From NCBI RefSeq assembly GCF_009914755.1, contig NC_060929.1: a stretch of DNA of 64,000 nucleotides; one strand, 5' to 3'. The notes beneath the pieces are model-generated. The model was not told the origin of the DNA, ran no database searches, and saw only the letters and a list, made by a program, of their open reading frames with translations. The translations under genes were made by a program, and so were the position numbers. Every line of letters begins with the position of its first letter. Position 1 is the first letter of the stretch. Positions 58,131-64,000 of this stretch are shown here, piece after piece. The DNA is from the human T2T-CHM13v2.0 reference genome, Homo sapiens.

Positions 58131-59684
58131 TGGGACTTTTAAAGATGCATCTGTAACTAGTGATTTCCAAGCATCCATTCCATCCTGTAACTTATCCCTC
58201 TTTGAGTTCTTCTATAGTTCATCTGTATCAAGAATGATTTGTGAGATCGGAAGGGATATAGGAGAATTCAAAGGTGATTTATTGGTAAATGTAATTACCA
58301 ATAATTTAAAAGTTCAAACAGCAGTACAAGGTAAATAGTGTCATTATTTTCTAGGTGGGGAAACTGGGGCTTAACAAGATTGTGTGACTGTCCTGCATTG
58401 CTCAGTTGGTAGTAGATGGAGTGGAGTAGGGTCTTACAGAGAAAGTAGCTGGTGCCAGAGCCCACAGGGCTCGTTCCAGTCTATGCCAGTAAGCATATAA
58501 TAATGTGGGCAAGAGCAAGTAAGCCAAAACAGGCCTTACTATAAATTATTGTTTTTGTCAATACAATGAGGTTATGACACCTCAAAATAGCTGACTGAGA
58601 GTTGTTTGCACGTGCCAACCGTCCTATGTGTCCTTCCTAAAGCTGTGTGAATTCTTATGCAAGCAGCAGCCTTATGATGGTGAAGGAGGGATCACAAGGG
58701 TAAGTAATGGATGGCATATACTCTTGAGATATCTTTGTTGAATTCACCTCTTATTTATCCAAGAATTGGGCCTGATGCAAAAACAAATGTATCAGAGACT
58801 TTAAGTCTCAGGATCTTGGTTGAAAAAGGAATTTAGCATCCACAGTTGTCATCTAAAGACGGGTTCCCAGGTAAGCAAGTCTTGGCAAATGGGATAATGA
58901 GACTGCAGGGTTTTTTTGTTTTGTTTGTTTTGAGAAGAAAGTTGTTTGCTGGGACCTGTGCTGTCATCAGACTCAGGCAGTGTTTGCAGGGGGTAAACCT
59001 GACATCTTCTCGTCTGCTCGGGGTATTCTTGTCCCTAAGCTTTTCCCTGTAAGTCACCAGTGTGTGGTGGGATAATGTCACTCTTTGTATTTTGCCATGG
59101 AGATGGAGGAAGAATCAGTAGGGATTTGATACCTTTACCCATATATAATTGAAAGTTGTTTTGTTCAATCAGCATGTACCCATATTGTTTACTCCCAAGA
59201 GTGTCCAAAATAAAACTTTTTGTAAGTTTTTAGCTAGGAAGAAGAGGAGGCATGTGAGAAAAAGAAAAAAAATAGACATTCTTCCCCTGACTTTTACTTT
59301 AGTGGAAGATGAAAGCAATGGACCATTCTCAAAGAAGTAATCCTAGCTTTATAAAGAGCTGGTTCTCAAAAGACTGATGTTGCATATTCGCTATATTTGT
59401 TTCTATTCTGTTTGTAAAAGGTTTTAAAGGTTTACGATGTAATAAAACAAATATTATTTTGTGGTTTAAAAGTAAAGGGTGTGCTTGTATTTTAGGTCTT
59501 AGGAGAATTCTAAGGTGCCATGATAATTGGAGTGTGTTGGTGTGATGGGATGGGCAGTGAGGAAGATGAGAGGAAATTTCCTCTAACACACCAGGCTAAC
59601 TTACAAGCCATCATCTCTCAATGTTTTTTTATTCCACTGGGTTGAAATAAAAATAAATAAAAATTTCCCCAAAATGTATTTCAG

Positions 59685-59827
59685 GGCCCTGTTAGCGTCC
59701 CAGCTGGAACCAACATTTGCCAGGTATGTTTTCCCTTGTTTTGATGAGCCAGCTCTGAAGGCAACTTTTAATATTACAATGATTCATCATCCAAGTTATG
59801 TGGCCCTTTCCAACATGCCAAAGCTAG
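59685..59827 (+). CDS. LVRN: LVRN coding exon 2 (143 nt)
   Basis: tttcag| acceptor and |gtaagt donor. Encodes (R)ALLASQLEPTFARYVFPCFDEPALKATFNITMIHHPSYVALSNMPKL(G), with the M1 motifs FPCFDEP and LSNM. Phase fits exons 1 and 3. Not captured in the ORF track. Confidence 0.97.
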
Positions 59828-60967
59828 GTAAGTAATGCTTTCTGTCTATATCTAGCTGTCTATCTATATAAGCTTTGTAATCACATTTATACCAGTAGCT
59901 TTTCTAGGCAGTGTATTATGGTGTATTATAATTACAGTCTACTATAATTAGGTAGAGCAGTCACCTGGGATATGTGTCAGCATCCACACCTTGGAGATGG
60001 TAAATCCTGATTCCTTTGGTATAAGAAGCTGAGGATATTACACTGTTCTTATAAATGGGCAGTCTGCCTGCCACTTAGTTTGGGCTTCAACTGTTGATCA
60101 TTAGTGATAACAAGCTGGTGGGCTTAGTCTGAATCTGGTGCACAGCTGTGTTTCAGTTGGCTCATGTGCCTTTTTTTCTTTTGATTAAATCAGTTTCCAA
60201 CTTAAAAATATCCAGAGATTTTACATAAAAATTTAAATGTGAAAACTTAGAAGTTCTAACAACACTGGACCTACAGCTCTTACGTGGCAGTGATCAGTGA
60301 CATTTGAGAAGAGCCTTTAAGTCTCAGGACTTTAGTTGAAAAGGGAATTTAGCCTCCACAATTGTCATCTAAAGGCAGGTTCCCAGGTCAACAAGTCTTG
60401 CTGTCTCCAGCAGGAGGTTGGCTGCCTCCTGCAGCCGCTTCTCAGATGATCCTCACCACTCCCTATTAGGTACACCAACCCATTTCACATCGAGTGCCTG
60501 GCCCTTGTAGGCATTTGAGTTTGTGATTTCAGCTTTAAAGGCCCCAGATTGCTTCCACTAAAGTCTTAGTTTGAAACCTGAGAGGAGTAGAATTGCACCT
60601 TGTTGACCTACCGTGGGGCCTAGGCAGCTCTAGATTAAGTGTTGTGAGAAATGGGCTGGACTAGAAAACAATAGAATTAGGTGGGAGAGAAAGGAGGCAG
60701 ATTGGGGGCTAAGTTTATAGTGCTCGTGGATTTGGCCCTCAATCAAGTCTATATTATTCAAAATGCTGATTCAGGCCCAAGATGCTGTTCTGAGATTTTC
60801 CTAATGTAGTTTTGGATAGCTTAGGAGTAGGTGGAGAAATCTGAACTGCTAGACTATGAGGAATAGCTGGAAAGGAGTAGCTGGGTGACAATTGACTTGA
60901 CAAATTATTTCAAAGACATGTAATTGCTTAGATTTGCTGTGATTTGAACTAAAATAAAATTCTCTAG

Positions 60968-61107
60968 GTCAGTCTGAAAAAGAAGATGTGAATGGAAGCA
61001 AATGGACTGTTACAACCTTTTCCACTACGCCCCACATGCCAACTTACTTAGTCGCATTTGTTATATGTGACTATGACCACGTCAACAGAACAGAAAGGGG
61101 CAAGGAG
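60968..61107 (+). CDS. LVRN: LVRN coding exon 3 (140 nt)
   Basis: tctctag| acceptor and GAG|gtgagt donor. Encodes (G)QSEKEDVNGSKWTVTTFSTTPHMPTYLVAFVICDYDHVNRTERGKE, with the M1 TP.M.TYLVAF motif. Confidence 0.97.
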
Positions 61108-61608
61108 GTGAGTGAGGAAGATTCTGTAGGTAAGGGAGATTGTACTGGCTGCAGATTATTCATCTATTCTTTCTGCATCCAGTGGTTATGGCTGCATATC
61201 CCCAAATCGCTTCCTAGTTCTCTCTCCCAAGCCCTGTAAAAGTTCTTAGTGTGGCTTTGCAGAATGGGACATAACATTTCCTACTGCCATTCTTTGGATA
61301 GGTTTTCACGGAAAGAGTCCATATTAAGCCCACTCATCAAGGCAAGGTCTGTGCCCCCTCTTCCCAGTGTGTTTCTGCTTTTGCAGAAGACAGGAGAGAA
61401 TGGGGAGCACTGCTGCACTGGCACCTTGATGTTTGCGTTTAGTATGTGATGTGTACTTAGCCCAGGGTTAATGGTGTCTTGAAGCTTGGGTGATACTCAA
61501 AACAGTTAGCAACCAGCATGGCCAGGCATCAACGAGTCAAAACGGACACCAGCCAGGAACAACTGCTATGGCTGAAATGGTGCATGCAGGTTAAAATATT
61601 ATCCCTAT

Positions 61609-62035
61609 TGTTCTGTGAAATGGCCATATAAACAAAGCGACCCCCAAATGCAGAAGGAGCTGAGAAACTGAGGAAGGAGGCAGACAAATCTAGTTTGTTG
61701 GTTTGGAATGTTTTATTAAGGGAACTTAAAGACAGAAGCATGGTCTTGGGTGGCCACAAGACAAGTAGATCTTTGCTCTGTAACTCTCCAGACCCAGGGC
61801 TTATATCTTGGGGGAAAAGCATACATGCCCCGGAAGGAATTTGTAGTTGGCCACATCACAGCCTATGATTTCCAGAACAACAAGGGTGGTTTTGAAGGAA
61901 ACTTACAATGAATAGGTGTTTCTACATAATGAGTTAACACATTAACTAGACATTTAGAGGCACTCTCAGACTCAAGGTTAGTCAGAAGTTACATAGTGGA
62001 TTAGCATTTAAAATAAAGTCACTCTTGTCCCCATA
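61609..62035 (-). mobile_element. Solo LTR, family not confidently assigned
   Basis: Antisense AATAAA (tttatt at about 61712) and TATA-like cttata at about 61800. Flanked by a 5-bp direct repeat CCTAT (61604-61608, 62036-62040). Confidence 0.6.
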
Positions 62036-64000
62036 CCTATCCAGAAGCTGAACTGCCATGTTCTTCAGTTCTGGAGCATGCAACACTTTTTCTGAGTTGT
62101 GTAAAGTCAGCACTCTGTCCTGAAATAGCTGGTTTTCACCCAATTACCCCCTTTATAATAATCCTTTAGGAAAATATGGAGGTCATGCTGGCAGTGCTTT
62201 ATATGCTTGTTCACTCCCTATTATAGCGGGCCTTAGGCCCAGTTCTTTCTAGACACGTAGACTTCATCAAGCTGAGAAAAATCAGGCCCTATAGCTCGCT
62301 AACATACTCTCCTGGGCCCAAGGGGCCCAAGGTCTTCCAGGCTTGCACCATTGACATGTGGAGAAAAGGAAGCTGTGGGTGAGCCAAGCCCCTCATCAGG
62401 GGAGAATTACTCAAAGCTACTCCTCCTTTACAACTCCTAACCTAGTGATGAATTAGTAATATTGTGTTGGCTGAGCGATTCTCAAAGCTCCTCCTAACTT
62501 AATGAATTAATAATACCGTTTTAGATGCAAATGACAGCTTGTTATCTTCCTAGGCTGTTGGCTCCAGTCTGATTTTCCTATTGAATAATTACTAGTAGAA
62601 CCTTGTCATCTACAAATATAACACTGGCCAAGTTAAACGTGCATGGCTTATATTTTTAAATCTGCTCAGGCATGATTTGGAAGCACGTGCTTTGAGCTTG
62701 GTAAGGAGGAATGGGCTCCCATAGGTAATGACAGACCAAAGGTGATTCCTTGGCATCCATTATCTCAAGTGCCTTGCTGTGGTCAGTGCTGCTGCACAGT
62801 CAACCATTCTTGTAGCGGGATGATATCGATTTATCTGTGAAAGATCACCCCGAAAATGATGCCAGCTGCCATAGAAACAACAAGGAAATGGAGCATACCT
62901 AAGAAAGTCATGTTCTTAGCCAGCACACTGAAGTTTGGCATGAGTCTATCAGTGGAATGTGAACATTTGGCTACAGCTCAGCTTTACAAAGTTAATGGGT
63001 CCATTATATACTCTGCAGAGGAACAAAAATGTACACTTGGAATAGAGTCCAGCCCATTTACAAATTTCTCATTAAGTAACAGATAAAGATTTCATGAAAT
63101 GGAAAGTGTGGTTAATGTGTGGCATGAGAATAAACATAAGAAACATGTAAGTAGTTCAGAATTTACATAATTCTAGAAATACTTTTAAGCAGAAATAAAA
63201 GCAAAGTAAGACGAATATGTTCTTGGAGGGCACAAATCTGTAAATACTGTGATTCTTTCATTTCCTTAGCATTTTCTCTAATGTTTTGCAGAGCGTTCTT
63301 TCTTAAATTAACGGCATTCACAACAGGACAAATATTTTAATTATCTCACTTGGTAACTTTCATTCCAAGATCTTTAAGTTTTATGCATGTTCTTTAACAT
63401 TAATGCTGGCAATTCTATTAAAAATTACTTACTTTTTTTTTTTAGAGTTTACAATACTTTCAATTTATAGTAATAATTAATGTTAAAACAATAGGATATT
63501 ACTCACAAAATCACACAAATAAACTCCAATTACACAAACAATAGTGTGGTCACACAAAACGGACAAAACATGGCAGAGATTTCCTTTTACTTGCTAAAGT
63601 GGAAGTGTCATTTGGCAATAGAAAAACAAGAGAATTATAATTCACTTGCTTTGACAGTTTTAAAATTATGAGACATTTGATGAACTTTTTTAAATTAGGA
63701 GAATTAACCTTATTTCAAATTTTGTAAGTAAAGTAGGACTATTAATGTTCTAACTGCTAAACAATTTTAAATGTGCATGATTTAAATATGCTTAATATGT
63801 ACCATACTATATAACCCCCACTCACAGTGCAATTCTGTTTTGGATCATTAGTAATATATCCTGAAATGGGAAGCAAGGGCCCAAAGTGCACAAAATGCCT
63901 ATAGAATCTACACTTACTGTAGGGGTAGATGCTGGTACAACCCATTCCAGGGGTTGTTTTATGATTCCAGATTGTACATGCTATTGTCAAAGATTGAAAT

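Noticed and set aside
61108-61239. Open-frame extension beyond exon 3 as extra coding sequence
   Set aside because: A strong GAG|GTGAGT donor lies at 61107, and the read-through peptide has no M1 similarity.

Overview
Mammalian, almost certainly human, genomic DNA. The window holds about 39 kb of repeat-rich upstream sequence, then the CpG-island promoter and first three coding exons of LVRN (laeverin/aminopeptidase Q, M1 family, known as a trophoblast-expressed enzyme) on the + strand. Coding exons are 39026-39720, 59685-59827 and 60968-61107, and the gene continues past the window. Intron 1 contains a minus-strand DDX43 processed pseudogene. Most other ORFs in the track come from Alu, L1 or ERV sequence, or arise by chance. 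I found no new protein-coding system. The most unusual signal is at 5.0-7.2 kb: a solo LTR10 nested in a MER41A, plus a second orphan copy of the LTR10 28-bp AP-1 (TGAGTCA) minisatellite with no other LTR sequence, inserted into a MER20 about 1.1 kb away. Together the two arrays carry 16 perfect AP-1 sites about 32 kb upstream of LVRN. Other notable structures are a twin-primed L1 beside the exon 1 donor, a direct-plus-inverted templated insertion in intron 1, and a 91-bp direct repeat bracketing exon 2. Repeat family names come from recall of consensus sequences, not from a database search.
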